From positions 7,571 to 71,570 of the forward strand of contig CAIMUP010000098.1 in NCBI GenBank assembly GCA_903844645.1: a stretch of 64,000 nt of DNA, written 5' to 3'. The DNA comes from an uncultured Bacteroidota bacterium (GTDB lineage: Bacteria > Bacteroidota > Bacteroidia > AKYH767-A > JABDAW01). A program made the translations under genes and the position numbers. Below the pieces are notes generated by a model, which saw only the letters and a list, made by a program, of their open reading frames with translations, did not search any database and was not told where the DNA came from. Positions 30,304 through 40,358 of this stretch are shown one piece after another (within the stretch, counting starts at the first letter, position 1; each line of letters starts with the position of its first letter).

Positions 30304-31323
30304 ATGCAGGAAAAAATTAAGAATTACATTCTCGAAGTAGAAGGATTTATACCATCTACCGAAGAACATCTGGAAGAATTCCGCTTGAAATATTTAAGCA
30401 AAAAAGGAATTCTTTCAGACTTGTTTTTGGAGATGAAGGAGGCAAGTCCTGATCAAAAGAAGGACTTGGGAAAAGTTCTTAATGAATTAAAAACTAAAGC
30501 CGAAGAAAAGTATTCTACTTTCAAAACAAGTTTAGAAAATAATAAAGAAGAAGTCGCATCAGATAAAGATTTGACCTTGCCCTCGATGAGATATTTAGGT
30601 TCGCGACATCCGATATCTATTGTGCGGAGTGAAATCGTTGACATCTTTTCGAGGATTGGTTTCACTGTTTCCGAAGGTCCTGAAATCGAGGATGACTGGC
30701 ATAATTTCTCTGCCCTGAATTTCCCGGAAGAGCATCCGGCGCGTGATATGCAGGATACTTTTTTCATTCAAAAGAATCCTGATATTGCTTTGCGGACGCA
30801 TACTTCTTCGGTGCAAGTGCGGGTGATGGAAACTACGCCGCCGCCTATCCGCACGATTTCTCCGGGTCGTGTTTTTCGTAATGAAGCCATTTCGGCGCGG
30901 GCGCATTGCATCTTTCATCAAGTCGAAGGTTTGTGCATTGATGAGGATATTTCATTCGCCGATCTCAAACAAACCTTGCTTTATTTTGCAAGAGAAATGT
31001 TCGGCAAGGATACCAAAATTCGCCTGCGTCCTTCCTATTTTCCATTCACCGAACCTTCCGCCGAGATGGATATTTCCTGCACGCTTTGCGATGGAAAGGG
31101 CTGTAATATTTGCAAACATACTGGCTGGACCGAGATTATGGGTTGCGGCATGGTGGACCCGAATGTACTCACGAATTGCGGCATTGATGCAGTGAAATAT
31201 ACCGGCTTCGCATTCGGGATGGGCATCGAAAGAATCACGATGTTGAAATATCAAATCAATGATTTGCGAATCTATTTTGAGAACGATGTCCGGTTCCTGC
31301 GACAATTTTCTGGCATAGTTTAG
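30304..31323 (+). CDS. pheS: phenylalanine--tRNA ligase alpha subunit
   Basis: 339 aa with class II motifs ([22 protein letters not shown]). Confidence 0.96.
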   Translation: MQEKIKNYILEVEGFIPSTEEHLEEFRLKYLSKKGILSDLFLEMKEASPDQKKDLGKVLNELKTKAEEKYSTFKTSLENNKEEVASDKDLTLPSMRYLGSRHPISIVRSEIVDIFSRIGFTVSEGPEIEDDWHNFSALNFPEEHPARDMQDTFFIQKNPDIALRTHTSSVQVRVMETTPPPIRTISPGRVFRNEAISARAHCIFHQVEGLCIDEDISFADLKQTLLYFAREMFGKDTKIRLRPSYFPFTEPSAEMDISCTLCDGKGCNICKHTGWTEIMGCGMVDPNVLTNCGIDAVKYTGFAFGMGIERITMLKYQINDLRIYFENDVRFLRQFSGIV

Positions 31324-31415
31324 GATAAGGGAAAATTCCAATATGAATAGCCTTATTATATATAGAGTACCAAATTTGTACCCCTTGAGCAGGGTTACGA
31401 CTGACTTTCAGACCG

Positions 31416-31583
31416 AATATTTGGGCTTAAATATCCAATATTTGGACTTAAATATTCAATATTTGGAAGGAAATATTCAATATTTAAGTCCAAACATTGA
31501 ATGTTTGGAAGGAGAATCTGAATGTTTGGAGGGAAAATTTGAATGTTTGGAGGGAGAATTTGAATGTTTGGAGGGAAAGATGA
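31416..31583. repeat. 21-bp tandem array F, 8 units
   Basis: aatatttgg / aatgtttgg cores at 31416+21n. Internal perfect 16-bp inverted repeat: 31441-31456 versus 31479-31494. Confidence 0.95.
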
Positions 31584-31678
31584 GAACAATTGAAGGAATT
31601 AAGTCTTTCATGAGCCCTGAAAAGCGAGTTCGCAAAGTTTAATACCGATACTAATTTAATAAAATCAATACATATAAA

Positions 31679-32095
31679 ATGAAAAATTTAATAATCTTAT
31701 TAGTCGCGATAACGATGTTATCATCATGCGGCAGAGACGGTGCGCCAGGAGCGCAAGGACCGAAAGGAAACGATGGAAATGCGAATGTATTCTCCGTAGT
31801 TTATGACATTTCAACATGGGGCTATAACGGCACATCGCATTACTATTTTGCGAATTTGCCTGTCCCAGAAATCACCTCGAGTGTTATCAGCGGAGGTACT
31901 GTCCAGGTATTTGAAGGAGACCAGCCAACAGGGAGTGCTAATTGGTATGCAATACCTTATTCTTTCAATGGTCTTGAGGTAAGTTATGTTTTAAGCTACG
32001 GGAATGTAAAAATCGAGGTGTCTTCATCGAATGGAACCTTGGTGGCTCCTTCCGGCAATTATCAATACAAAGTCGGTGTGATACCTCCTATATAA
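31679..32095 (+). CDS. small lipoprotein with short collagen-like G-x-y run
   Basis: Lipobox LSSC followed by GRDGAPGAQGPKGNDGNA. Confidence 0.6.
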   Translation: MKNLIILLVAITMLSSCGRDGAPGAQGPKGNDGNANVFSVVYDISTWGYNGTSHYYFANLPVPEITSSVISGGTVQVFEGDQPTGSANWYAIPYSFNGLEVSYVLSYGNVKIEVSSSNGTLVAPSGNYQYKVGVIPPI

Positions 32096-32105
32096 TCTTT
32101 TAATC

Positions 32106-32369
32106 ATGGATAAGAACGACCAATTATTAGCGCAATTGCTGTACGTCTTTCAGGCTTCGGCAATGCAGGGAATGGGCAAAATGAAGAATCCTGTTACCGA
32201 TACAATCGAACGGAACTTGGAACAGGCAGCGCAGTCTATTGATATGTTGGAGATGATTAAAGAGAAAACGAAAGGCAACATTTCTCCTGAACTGGCGAGG
32301 CTACTGGATAATTTCCTGACCGAAATTCGTCTGAATTATATTGACGAATTGAACAAAGACAAAAACTAA
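32106..32369 (+). CDS. DUF1844-like small protein
   Basis: 87 aa. The pattern LLxxLxxFxxSAMxxMGK resembles the DUF1844 family (recognised from memory, not searched). Confidence 0.6.
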   Translation: MDKNDQLLAQLLYVFQASAMQGMGKMKNPVTDTIERNLEQAAQSIDMLEMIKEKTKGNISPELARLLDNFLTEIRLNYIDELNKDKN

Positions 32370-32405
32370 TCCCCCTAAATATTTACTAACATTAATCAAA
32401 TAAAA

Positions 32406-33314
32406 ATGGAATCAAATTCTAAATCGAACCAAGGACGGAAGGTAGTAATTATCGTGATCATCGCCATCCTGCTTGCTGCAAATGGAATCTTGTTATGGCA
32501 ATTTTTTACGCAAAGCGAAAAGATCACAACCATCACTACCGAGAAAACTACGGTGATAAAAGAGCGCGATGAATTACAAAAACAGAAAGCCGAATTACAA
32601 CTTCAATTCGATTCATTGGTAGCGATGAATGCGGAACTGACGGGCAAATTAAAGATTAGCGATGATTCGCTTGCCGTGCTACAGGCGAGGATTAACAGCC
32701 TTCAATTTGTGGCGAGCCAATACGAAACAATGAAGTCGCAGTTGGCGAAATTGAAAACTGAAATGAATTCTAAGATGGATGAAATGGCTGCTTTGCAAAA
32801 AGAAAACGAGGCGTTGAAAACGGATAAGAATAATCTTACAAGTAACTTAAACGACGAGAAATCGAAGGAAGAACAACTATCGAAAGACAAGGATGCCTTG
32901 ACCAATAAGGTCGCGATGGGCTCGGTGATGAGGGCTGACAATTTTAAATTAAACGGAGCGAAATTCAACAAGAGCGGCAAGGAATCCCCAGTCAGCAGCG
33001 CGAAGGGAACCCAGAAGATTAAGATTTGTTTCTCTATCGAAGAGAATCTGATTGTAGATAAAGGCAACAAAACCCTCTACGTTCGGGTGATGGGTCCCGA
33101 CAATACTTGTATGACCACGAACAGCCAGACTTTTCAATCTGGTAGCCAGAGCTTACCCTTCAGCACGAGTCAGGATATTAACTACAACAACCAGAAAGTG
33201 GACCAATGTATTTACTTTGCCAAAGGCTCGGCATACAAACCTGGAAAGTATTATTGCGAGGTCTATCTCGATGGTAATATGATTGGAAAAAGCGGATCAA
33301 TTACTTTGAAGTAA
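32406..33314 (+). CDS. membrane-anchored coiled-coil protein
   Basis: N-terminal TM helix, about 130 aa of heptad-like E/K/L-rich sequence, and a beta-rich C-domain. Confidence 0.65.
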   Translation: MESNSKSNQGRKVVIIVIIAILLAANGILLWQFFTQSEKITTITTEKTTVIKERDELQKQKAELQLQFDSLVAMNAELTGKLKISDDSLAVLQARINSLQFVASQYETMKSQLAKLKTEMNSKMDEMAALQKENEALKTDKNNLTSNLNDEKSKEEQLSKDKDALTNKVAMGSVMRADNFKLNGAKFNKSGKESPVSSAKGTQKIKICFSIEENLIVDKGNKTLYVRVMGPDNTCMTTNSQTFQSGSQSLPFSTSQDINYNNQKVDQCIYFAKGSAYKPGKYYCEVYLDGNMIGKSGSITLK

Positions 33315-33356
33315 GTGATTTAGTTTAAGATACAGACTTTATTTCCTAAAATAACG

Positions 33357-33387
33357 AAGCCGATTCCTTACCGAATCGGCTTTTTTA
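33357..33387 (+). terminator. rho-independent terminator
   Basis: agccgattc-cttacc-gaatcggct followed by tttttt. Confidence 0.75.
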
Positions 33388-33504
33388 TTGGGATTATTTG
33401 ATAGAAATTCAGGATGCCGATAAGTATTCCTTAAATCATTAAACTGAACCTTAAAGTATTGATAGATACCCCTATAATCAAAATGAGCGCAGATTGAATC
33501 CACG

Positions 33505-33570
33505 TATTGAAGTGCATCACCAACGCGAAATAATGCATCATCAATTCAAAATAATGCATACTCAACATAA
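33505..33570. repeat. short 21-bp array M, 3 units
   Basis: tgcatca / tgcata cores at 33513, 33534 and 33555. Confidence 0.5.
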
Positions 33571-33661
33571 ACAAATTTATCTTTCACATGATAACCCCTT
33601 ATAAAATCAGTTCAATGACGGAGGTATGATTTTGCAAACCGCTATGCCGAAAAATCGCTCG

Positions 33662-34429
33662 TCAGTTTTTCCAACGATAGGATAAACCTAAGGCTGCATA
33701 ATGCTTTGGTGCATTATCTGTTATGCCAAAGCCTCCCGAAATATCTATCAGAATATTTGGAGTTATCAAATAACTTATCCCGCCATCGAAGCGATGATCG
33801 CCTTTGGAGGCTTCGGGAAGAAAGCCATAAACCTCGATGTAGGAACTGAATTTTTCAGAAATCGAACGACCCAAAGTGAGGGTATAAATATAGGTCGGGG
33901 CAGGCAATTGTCCATCCCATTCAGCTCCTAAATTATAGCCAAGGGTAAAAGTTTTCGATAGTGAATGTTGCATGGTAAATCGAAAAGAAGGGGCTACAAA
34001 ATCGGATCGGAAAGGTTCGGAAGCAAGCCTCGGAAAAGTAAGATGACCGATGAAAGAAGTTGTCGGAAGTATCCCTTTTTCTTGTGCGATATTCACCTTG
34101 AAACCTGCGGTAATGGGGACTAATCCCGAGGTCTTGATGCCATCAGTTTGAAGCATCGAATATTCTGTAATCAGCCGTAATTCAAAGTGATCATTGACCC
34201 CGAACTTGGTCAGCATAGTAGGTAACGAAAACGATCGAAGCAGCTTGTTGGTATGCTCGAAGGTAAGACCGTTTTCCATCTGCACATAATTTTTCGGAAC
34301 GATAAATGGGCACTCGGTTTGGTCGGGTCTGTCGGTCTGAATAGAAGGTAAATCCTGACCATACAATCTTTCTATTCCCATCGCCATACACGCTACGACG
34401 AACAAGGTAGCTACATTATAATATTTCAT
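33662..34429 (-). CDS. outer-membrane beta-barrel transporter (MetA-pathway/phenol-degradation-like family)
   Basis: Signal peptide, alternating beta-strand pattern, and C-terminal YRW. Confidence 0.65.
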   Translation of the reverse strand: MKYYNVATLFVVACMAMGIERLYGQDLPSIQTDRPDQTECPFIVPKNYVQMENGLTFEHTNKLLRSFSLPTMLTKFGVNDHFELRLITEYSMLQTDGIKTSGLVPITAGFKVNIAQEKGILPTTSFIGHLTFPRLASEPFRSDFVAPSFRFTMQHSLSKTFTLGYNLGAEWDGQLPAPTYIYTLTLGRSISEKFSSYIEVYGFLPEASKGDHRFDGGISYLITPNILIDISGGFGITDNAPKHYAALGLSYRWKN

Positions 34430-34629
34430 AAGCCTAAATTAATAATACGGATCGCAAAACTACTAAATTAGATTCATCTAACAAAATAATTTGCTTTTAT
34501 TATTAAACCTCTCGCATAATTCAGTCCTATAGGGGCAGGCTTTGGAGTGGGTTTTGGGAGCAGATTTCTAATTAAAAATTTGTCAGTAATTTTGCTTCAA
34601 TAAAAATATCTCTAATTAATAATAATTCA

Positions 34630-34755
34630 ATGAAGAAATCTTTACAAATCTTAATCGCGACCGCCATGATAGGCTGGAGCGCGACGGCACAAACCAACTT
34701 GTGCCATCCGATGCCTGTTTCCGATGCCATTTGGAGTGTAGTTTATGGAACGTGA
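34630..34755 (+). pseudogene. orphan 41-codon fragment encoding only a signal peptide and about 20 residues
   Basis: MKKSLQILIATAMIGWSATAQTNLCHPMPVSDAIWSVVYGT then a stop. TAATTTTG box at 34587-34594. Overlaps the start of the next ORF in another frame. Confidence 0.35.
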
Positions 34756-35308
34756 ATCACGGTGGATAACGACAATGCTTGCTGCGATTGCGCGGAACAT
34801 TAAATCCAAAATAACAGGCAACCCCTATGTAGCCTTCACGGCGGGTGAAATCACGACTCTCGGTACTCAAATTAATGCTTACGAGGATGCGCATGGTGCT
34901 GCCAAAGACGTCGCATACAATGTCCTGAACACTACTTTGAAAGCCTATTTAATTAGGATACAAGCCGCCTGCGATGCGAATACGACGGGTAATAAAATTG
35001 TGATTGTCCAAAGTACAGGCTGCATAGTTCAGGGCGTAGGCGGGAATCACGAACAGGTGTTCGATGGCTTCCCAGGCGTGGCATCAGGAACTATTGCATT
35101 GATAGGACCGGCAGCCCCACAAAATGCCTTTCACGAATGGTGGATTAGCTTAGATGGAACCACTTGGACAAGATTAGAAGGTTCGGTAAATGCGAATACC
35201 TTAGTTACAGGATTAACCCCCGGAATATTGATGCACTTCCGCCATCAAATCATTAATTCCACAGGCGGTACCGGTATGAGCGACCCTATTCAAAGAAGAG
35301 CCAATTAA
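34745..35308 (+). CDS. hypothetical protein, helical N-part plus FN3-like C-domain (possibly N-terminally truncated)
   Basis: 187 aa. The C-terminus LVTGLTPGILMHFRHQIINSTGGTGMSDP looks like the last FN3 strands. The N-part resembles 8926-9690 but lacks about 18 residues. Confidence 0.5.
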   Translation: MERESRWITTMLAAIARNIKSKITGNPYVAFTAGEITTLGTQINAYEDAHGAAKDVAYNVLNTTLKAYLIRIQAACDANTTGNKIVIVQSTGCIVQGVGGNHEQVFDGFPGVASGTIALIGPAAPQNAFHEWWISLDGTTWTRLEGSVNANTLVTGLTPGILMHFRHQIINSTGGTGMSDPIQRRAN

Positions 35309-35334
35309 CCCCTGATTAATTTATTAAATAATTA

Positions 35335-35363
35335 AAGCCTCACATTTTGTGGGGCTTTTTTTA
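35335..35363 (+). terminator. rho-independent terminator
   Basis: aaagcctcaca-tttt-gtggggcttt followed by a T run. Confidence 0.7.
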
Positions 35364-35400
35364 TGCACCTTCCCAAACCCATTCCCACCTCTTTTAATGG

Positions 35401-35652
35401 AAAGATAGCGACCTTCCATTTAAAGATAGCGACCTTCCTTTTAAAGATAACGACCTTCGATTTAAAGATAACGAACTTCCATTTAAAGATAACGAACTTC
35501 CATTTAAAGATAACGAACTTCCTTTTAAAGATAACGAACTTCCTTTTAAAGATAACGAACTTCCTTTTAAAGATAGCGAACTTCCTTTTAAAGATAACGA
35601 ACTTCCTTTTAAAGATAGCGAACTTCCTTTTAAAGATAACGAACTTCCATTG
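35401..35652. repeat. 21-bp tandem array G, 12 units, highly homogeneous
   Basis: aaagataRcgaMcttccWttt units at 35401+21n. Confidence 0.97.
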
Positions 35653-35748
35653 GAATATGTCTCCGGCGGATTTTCTGACCTCCTCCAAAACTCCCATTCT
35701 CCGTTATAAAACCGGAATTTTGGGGAATCGGAGGGGGAATTTTAAATT

Positions 35749-36090
35749 TTACACCACATCAGCAATCTTTGAAAAGTGCGCTCCAAAACCTCGGATTTCA
35801 TCGGCAACATCCTTTTCATTCGTAGCCCTTTCGTAGGTGTCGGCAAGCCCTACGATGGTTTCGTAAAAGAAGCGTTTCATCTCCTCGATAGTCATTTCTT
35901 TGGTCCATAAATCTATCCGCATGGTGGTTTGTTCATCGCCATCCCACAAGCCTATCATCACCGATTTACAGGGCTTGGTTTCTTTCATTCCGCTATCCTC
36001 CGCCATCCATTCGATCGTGGAGGGAACCTTGTTTTCATCCAATGAAACGGTGAACTTAATGTCTGATTTTTTAATAATCGTGTTGCTCAT
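35749..36090 (-). CDS. gldC: gliding motility-associated protein GldC
   Basis: 113 aa. Recognisable GldC pattern: IEWMAEDSG...WDGDEQTTMRIDLWTKEMTIEEMKRFFYETIVGLADTYERAT. Confidence 0.85.
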   Translation of the reverse strand: MSNTIIKKSDIKFTVSLDENKVPSTIEWMAEDSGMKETKPCKSVMIGLWDGDEQTTMRIDLWTKEMTIEEMKRFFYETIVGLADTYERATNEKDVADEIRGFGAHFSKIADVV

Positions 36091-36105
36091 TTTTGTATTT
36101 TAATA

Positions 36106-36711
36106 TTAATTTTTCTTCTTCACTTTCTTCCAGGTCTTGTAATCAGAGGGGAGAATAGTTGAATCTTTAGGAATCTTACGAAGGGGCTTGCAAACCTTCA
36201 AAGTTTCATAACATTCCTTTGGCAGAGCTTGATAAATAGCAGTGCCTTTGGTCTTCCATTCAAGCATCTCATCACTCACCTCTTTAATGATTTTATAAGG
36301 ATTCCCAACGACCACCTTTCTCTCTGGAAAAATGATCCCTTCGGGGATAAAAGTCAATGCACCGATGATGCAATTATCACCAATCACAACATGATCCATG
36401 ATCACAGCATTGATTCCCACCAAAACATTCTTGCCGATAGTAGAACCATGAATTACCGCTCCATGCCCGATGTGCGCACCTTCTTTCAAAGTGACCGTCA
36501 AGCTAGGGAACATGTGGACGGTGCAATTCTCCTGAACATTGCAACCATCTTCGATAATTATCTTTCCCCAATCACCTCGCAATGCCGCACCAGGACCGAT
36601 ATATACATCCTTCCCGATGATAACATTTCCGGTAACCGTGGCATTAGGATGAATGAAAGCCGAGGGATGAATGACTGGCTTAATGCCTTTGAATTCAAAG
36701 ATGTTTGCCAT
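36106..36711 (-). CDS. hexapeptide-repeat protein (PaaY / gamma-carbonic-anhydrase-like)
   Basis: Left-handed beta-helix hexapeptide repeats with a conserved His pattern. Start abuts the thiolase stop. Confidence 0.85.
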   Translation of the reverse strand: MANIFEFKGIKPVIHPSAFIHPNATVTGNVIIGKDVYIGPGAALRGDWGKIIIEDGCNVQENCTVHMFPSLTVTLKEGAHIGHGAVIHGSTIGKNVLVGINAVIMDHVVIGDNCIIGALTFIPEGIIFPERKVVVGNPYKIIKEVSDEMLEWKTKGTAIYQALPKECYETLKVCKPLRKIPKDSTILPSDYKTWKKVKKKN

Positions 36712-37920
36712 TTAATTTACATTCTCAATGATGACGGCATAGCCTTGCCCAACACCAATACACATCGTGCAAAGAGCATATTTTTCTTTCCTCTCCTGCA
36801 ATTCCAAAGCAGCAGTAAGAATCAATCTTGTACCCGACATTCCAAGCGGATGCCCTATAGCAATAGCCCCGCCGTTCGGGTTAATGCGAGGATCGTTATC
36901 TTCTAATTTCCATTCACGAATACAGGCAAGACCTTGCGCGGCGAATGCTTCGTTCAGTTCAATAATATTTATATCCTTGAATGTAAGACCTGCTCTTTTC
37001 AATGCAAGATTAGATGCACCAACCGGACCGATTCCCATGATTCTTGGCTCAACTCCAGCCACTGCCGATGAAACAATTCTCGCTAATGGCTTGAGATTAT
37101 TTTTCTTAATACCATCTTCAGAAGCCAATAATAAAGCAGCACTTCCATCATTAATACCAGAAGAGTTTCCGGCAGTAACACTGCCATTCTCTCGGAAGAC
37201 AGCTTTAAGTTTAGATAAGATTTCTATGGTAGTATCTTGTTTAATAAACTCATCATGATCGAAGAAAATAGAAGGCTTCTTTCCTTGAGGAATCTCAACT
37301 GCAATGATCTCTTTCTTAAAGCGACCTTTGTTCATTGCAGTAGTAGCTTTCATCTGAGAATTGTATGCAAATATATCCTGATCCTCACGATTGATTTTAT
37401 ATAGTTCGGCAACATTCTCGGCAGTTTCACCCATGGAATCTGTGCCGTATAGTTTCTTCATTTTAGGATTTACGAATCTCCACCCGATGCTGGTATCGAA
37501 TAGCTCCATGTTCCTCCCGAATGCCTGTGAACTCTTTGATAAAACAAACGGAGCACGGGTCATACTCTCCACCCCGCCTGCAATCATCAAGTCACCATTT
37601 CCCAAAGCAATTGCACCGGAAGCATTGATGACGGCAGCCATTCCAGATGCACATAAAATATTAACGGTCTCACCGGAAACAGTATGCGGAACCCCTGCAA
37701 GTAGCAACGCCATACGCGCCACATCACGGTTATCCTCACCAGCTTGATTAGCACAACCAAGGATCACATGATTAATTTCAGCAGGATTAATGTTTTGATT
37801 TCTGTTCAATAATTCTATGATGACAAGAGCAGCCAAATCATCAGTCCGAATGCTTGATAAGGAACCCGTATGCTTGCCAACAGGTGTACGGATTCCGTCA
37901 ATTATATAAGTTGAGTTCAT
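36712..37920 (-). CDS. acetyl-CoA C-acyltransferase (thiolase)
   Basis: 402 aa with active-site context NILCASG, GNSSGINDG and CIGVGQG. Confidence 0.93.
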   Translation of the reverse strand: MNSTYIIDGIRTPVGKHTGSLSSIRTDDLAALVIIELLNRNQNINPAEINHVILGCANQAGEDNRDVARMALLLAGVPHTVSGETVNILCASGMAAVINASGAIALGNGDLMIAGGVESMTRAPFVLSKSSQAFGRNMELFDTSIGWRFVNPKMKKLYGTDSMGETAENVAELYKINREDQDIFAYNSQMKATTAMNKGRFKKEIIAVEIPQGKKPSIFFDHDEFIKQDTTIEILSKLKAVFRENGSVTAGNSSGINDGSAALLLASEDGIKKNNLKPLARIVSSAVAGVEPRIMGIGPVGASNLALKRAGLTFKDINIIELNEAFAAQGLACIREWKLEDNDPRINPNGGAIAIGHPLGMSGTRLILTAALELQERKEKYALCTMCIGVGQGYAVIIENVN

Positions 37921-37950
37921 AAGATAATTTTAATGTTTTGAGAACACCAG

Positions 37951-38550
37951 CTAAGATTGTTTTCTCTTATTCAATTCCTCGTGAATCTTCGATGCCTTCT
38001 CGTAATTCTCATCTTCGATGGCGGCATTCAGGAGGTCATTTAATTCAGCCGTAGTATAAGAAGAAAGTTCTGTTTCAGAGAATTTAGGTTTATCAATTTG
38101 CAAAGCTTTCTCTGCGAATTCATCTTCCTCACCTACGCTCTCATCTAATAGAACTCCGGCATCTTTCAGGATGAATTCATAGGTATAAATCGGACATTCA
38201 AATCGAACGGCAATAGCTATTGCATCAGAAGTTCTTGCATCAATTTCTGTTTCCTTTCCATCACGATTACAAACCAACTTTGCAAAGAAAACCCCTTCGA
38301 CAAGGTTATAAATGATGATCTCAGTAATCTCAATATTGTATGAAGAAGCAAAAGTCTTGAATAAGTCATGAGTCAATGGTCTGCTTGGAGTCATCTTTTC
38401 AATCTCGATTGCGATCGCTTGTGCTTCAAATCCACCAATGATAATAGGCAACCTTCGCTTCCCGCCTTTCTCGCCAAGCACCAAAGTATACGCACCAGAT
38501 TGCGTCTGACTATAAGATAAACCAACGACCTCTAACCTTACTTTTTTCAT
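37951..38550 (-). CDS. bifunctional nuclease family protein (DUF151) with C-terminal UVR-like helix
   Basis: N-terminal DUF151-like region (LPIIIGGFEAQAIA, RPLTHDL) and an acidic C-terminal helical tail. Confidence 0.8.
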   Translation of the reverse strand: MKKVRLEVVGLSYSQTQSGAYTLVLGEKGGKRRLPIIIGGFEAQAIAIEIEKMTPSRPLTHDLFKTFASSYNIEITEIIIYNLVEGVFFAKLVCNRDGKETEIDARTSDAIAIAVRFECPIYTYEFILKDAGVLLDESVGEEDEFAEKALQIDKPKFSETELSSYTTAELNDLLNAAIEDENYEKASKIHEELNKRKQS

Positions 38551-39528
38551 TTAGTTATGTGCTGCTTTAAACTTCTTCAAGGCTTCTATCAACTTTGGAA
38601 CAACTTCAAAAGCATCACCAACAATGCCGTAATCAGCGGCTTTGAAGAAAGGAGCTTCAGCATCTTTGTTTATTACAACAATGCACTTTGAAGAACTTAC
38701 ACCAGCCAAATGTTGGATAGCACCAGAGATTCCAACGGCAAGATAAAGATTCGGACTGATAGCAATTCCTGTCTGTCCAACATGTTCTGAATGGGGTCTC
38801 CAGTCAGCATCCGAAACCGGCTTAGAACAAGCAGTTGCGGCACCAAGCAAGTTCGCCATCTCTTCAATCATTCCCCAATTTTCAGGACCTTTTAAACCCC
38901 TTCCTCCAGATACAACAAGTTCCGCATCGGGTAAAGAAATTTTATCTGTTGCTCTAACTATTTCATTAACTGTTGATTTAAATTCATTTTCATTAATTGC
39001 AACATCAAATGCAACAACTTCTGCCGTCCCACCCGATTCTACAACCTTGTAAGAGTTAGGATTTAATGAAATAACTTTCATTGCTGATGTCAATTGAACA
39101 TTAGCAAAAGCTTTTCCTGAATACGCTCCAGTCTTAGCAATAAAGCTATCACCAATAGCAGGCAATTCAGTTGCACCAGCAGCAAACGAAGCTTTCAACT
39201 TAATAGCAACTCGTGGAGCTAATCCCTTACCAGCAAAGGAATTGGAGATGATAACAACATTAGCATTTTCAGAAGTTGCGGCATTGCTGATGATAGAAGC
39301 AAAGGCTTGTGAATTAAAATCTTTGAACTTCTCATTCGCACAATTCAAAACTTTGGCAGCACCATATTTCCCAAGCGTAGCAAGGTTTTCATTACTCACA
39401 TTTCCAATTGAAACAACCGATAAATTCGTCTTCAAAAGATCGGCAATGGCTTTTCCATAAGACACTAATTCATAGACCGACTTCTTAAATTGTCCTCCGG
39501 TATTCTCTGCATAAACTAAAACTGACAT
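38551..39528 (-). CDS. etfA: electron transfer flavoprotein alpha subunit
   Basis: 325 aa with the C-terminal FAD-binding region ([11 protein letters not shown]). Confidence 0.93.
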   Translation of the reverse strand: MSVLVYAENTGGQFKKSVYELVSYGKAIADLLKTNLSVVSIGNVSNENLATLGKYGAAKVLNCANEKFKDFNSQAFASIISNAATSENANVVIISNSFAGKGLAPRVAIKLKASFAAGATELPAIGDSFIAKTGAYSGKAFANVQLTSAMKVISLNPNSYKVVESGGTAEVVAFDVAINENEFKSTVNEIVRATDKISLPDAELVVSGGRGLKGPENWGMIEEMANLLGAATACSKPVSDADWRPHSEHVGQTGIAISPNLYLAVGISGAIQHLAGVSSSKCIVVINKDAEAPFFKAADYGIVGDAFEVVPKLIEALKKFKAAHN

Positions 39529-39549
39529 ATTCTTTTTCTTTATTTGTAA

Positions 39550-40287
39550 TTAAATAACCTTAGCTTCGGAGTGCAACAACTCTATCAATTCACCAGCATT
39601 ATCAGGCGAAATCAACTTCACCTGACCACGGGGTTTTGGGGTATCATAAATCTTAATCTCTTGCAACAAATCAACCGCCAAAGCCTCCTTCACGACCAAA
39701 GGTTTAGTACGGGCAGACATGATGCCACGCATGTTTGGAATCTTCGGTTCAGCCATTCCTTCGCTGGCTCCGGCAACAAATGGAAATGGAATCGAAACAA
39801 TTTCCTTGCCTCCTTCAATCTCTCTGTCGATGGTTGCTGTCGCGCTATCAATCGTTAATTTCTTAGCGATAGATACCGATGGAATGCCCAATAATTCAGC
39901 AATCATAGCAGGAACTTGTCCGCCGTTATAGTCAATAGATTCTCTGCCGGCAAGGATAAAATCGAAGTTCATTTCCTTAGCGATAGCAGCTATTTGCGAA
40001 GCAACAAAATAGCCATCTCTTGGGGCAGCATTAACACGAATAGCATCGGTAGCACCTATCGCCAAAGCCTTGCGGATAGTGGGTTCTGTGGAAATATCCC
40101 CAACATTAATCACCGTAACCGTGCCATCAGTGCCTTCTATTAATTCGAGGGCGCGGGCAAGGGCAATTTCATCGTAAGGATTGATAATAAACTGCACTCC
40201 TACGGCATTGAACTTGGTATTATTCTCTATAAAACTGATTTTTGTGGTCGTATCAGGAACGTGGCTTATGCAAACTAATATTTTCAT
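39550..40287 (-). CDS. etfB: electron transfer flavoprotein beta subunit
   Basis: Starts at MKILVCISHVPD. The longer ORF start at 40326 lies inside the minus-strand TAAATTTG box at 40324-40331. Confidence 0.93.
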   Translation of the reverse strand: MKILVCISHVPDTTTKISFIENNTKFNAVGVQFIINPYDEIALARALELIEGTDGTVTVINVGDISTEPTIRKALAIGATDAIRVNAAPRDGYFVASQIAAIAKEMNFDFILAGRESIDYNGGQVPAMIAELLGIPSVSIAKKLTIDSATATIDREIEGGKEIVSIPFPFVAGASEGMAEPKIPNMRGIMSARTKPLVVKEALAVDLLQEIKIYDTPKPRGQVKLISPDNAGELIELLHSEAKVI

Positions 40288-40289
40288 CG

Positions 40290-40297
40290 TAATTTTG
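40290..40297 (+). promoter_or_regulatory. -7 box TAATTTTG (TPR gene)
   Basis: Matches TAnnTTTG in the divergent etfB/TPR spacer. Confidence 0.4.
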
Positions 40298-40323
40298 CCC
40301 CTCTTATTTTTCTTTTGGGTGTG

Positions 40324-40331
40324 CAAATTTA
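40324..40331 (-). promoter_or_regulatory. -7 box TAAATTTG (etfB operon)
   Basis: The top strand reads caaattta. Lies 37 nt upstream of the etfB ATG at 40287. Confidence 0.45.
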
Positions 40332-40358
40332 ATTAAATACTAATAAATAAAAAGTCTT

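Noticed and set aside
31679-32095. Collagen-like protein
   Set aside because: There are only about six G-x-y triplets after the lipobox. This is too short to call a collagen domain, so it is kept as a small lipoprotein.
35401-35652. CRISPR array or another interspaced guide-RNA array (for example TIGR-like)
   Set aside because: The period is only 21 bp and the variable part is about 10 bp at most. Many units are identical throughout. No cas, Nop-domain or other effector gene is nearby. CRISPR repeats plus spacers are about 55-75 bp. This does not fit any guide-array class I know.
36229-36906. 225-aa antisense ORF across the PaaY-like/thiolase junction. Similar long antisense ORFs occur at 60777-61490, 36767-37258, 24209-24670 and 18379-18861.
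   Set aside because: Each lies entirely within a well-supported gene on the opposite strand, or in another frame of the same strand. All have odd composition and no motifs.
37951-40287. Nuclease gene fused into an operon with etfB-etfA as a possible toxin or defence module
   Set aside because: The DUF151 bifunctional-nuclease family gene sitting next to etfBA is, as far as I recall, a common conserved arrangement in Bacteroidota. The back-to-back stop/start junctions (38550/38551, 36711/36712) simply indicate an operon of housekeeping genes.
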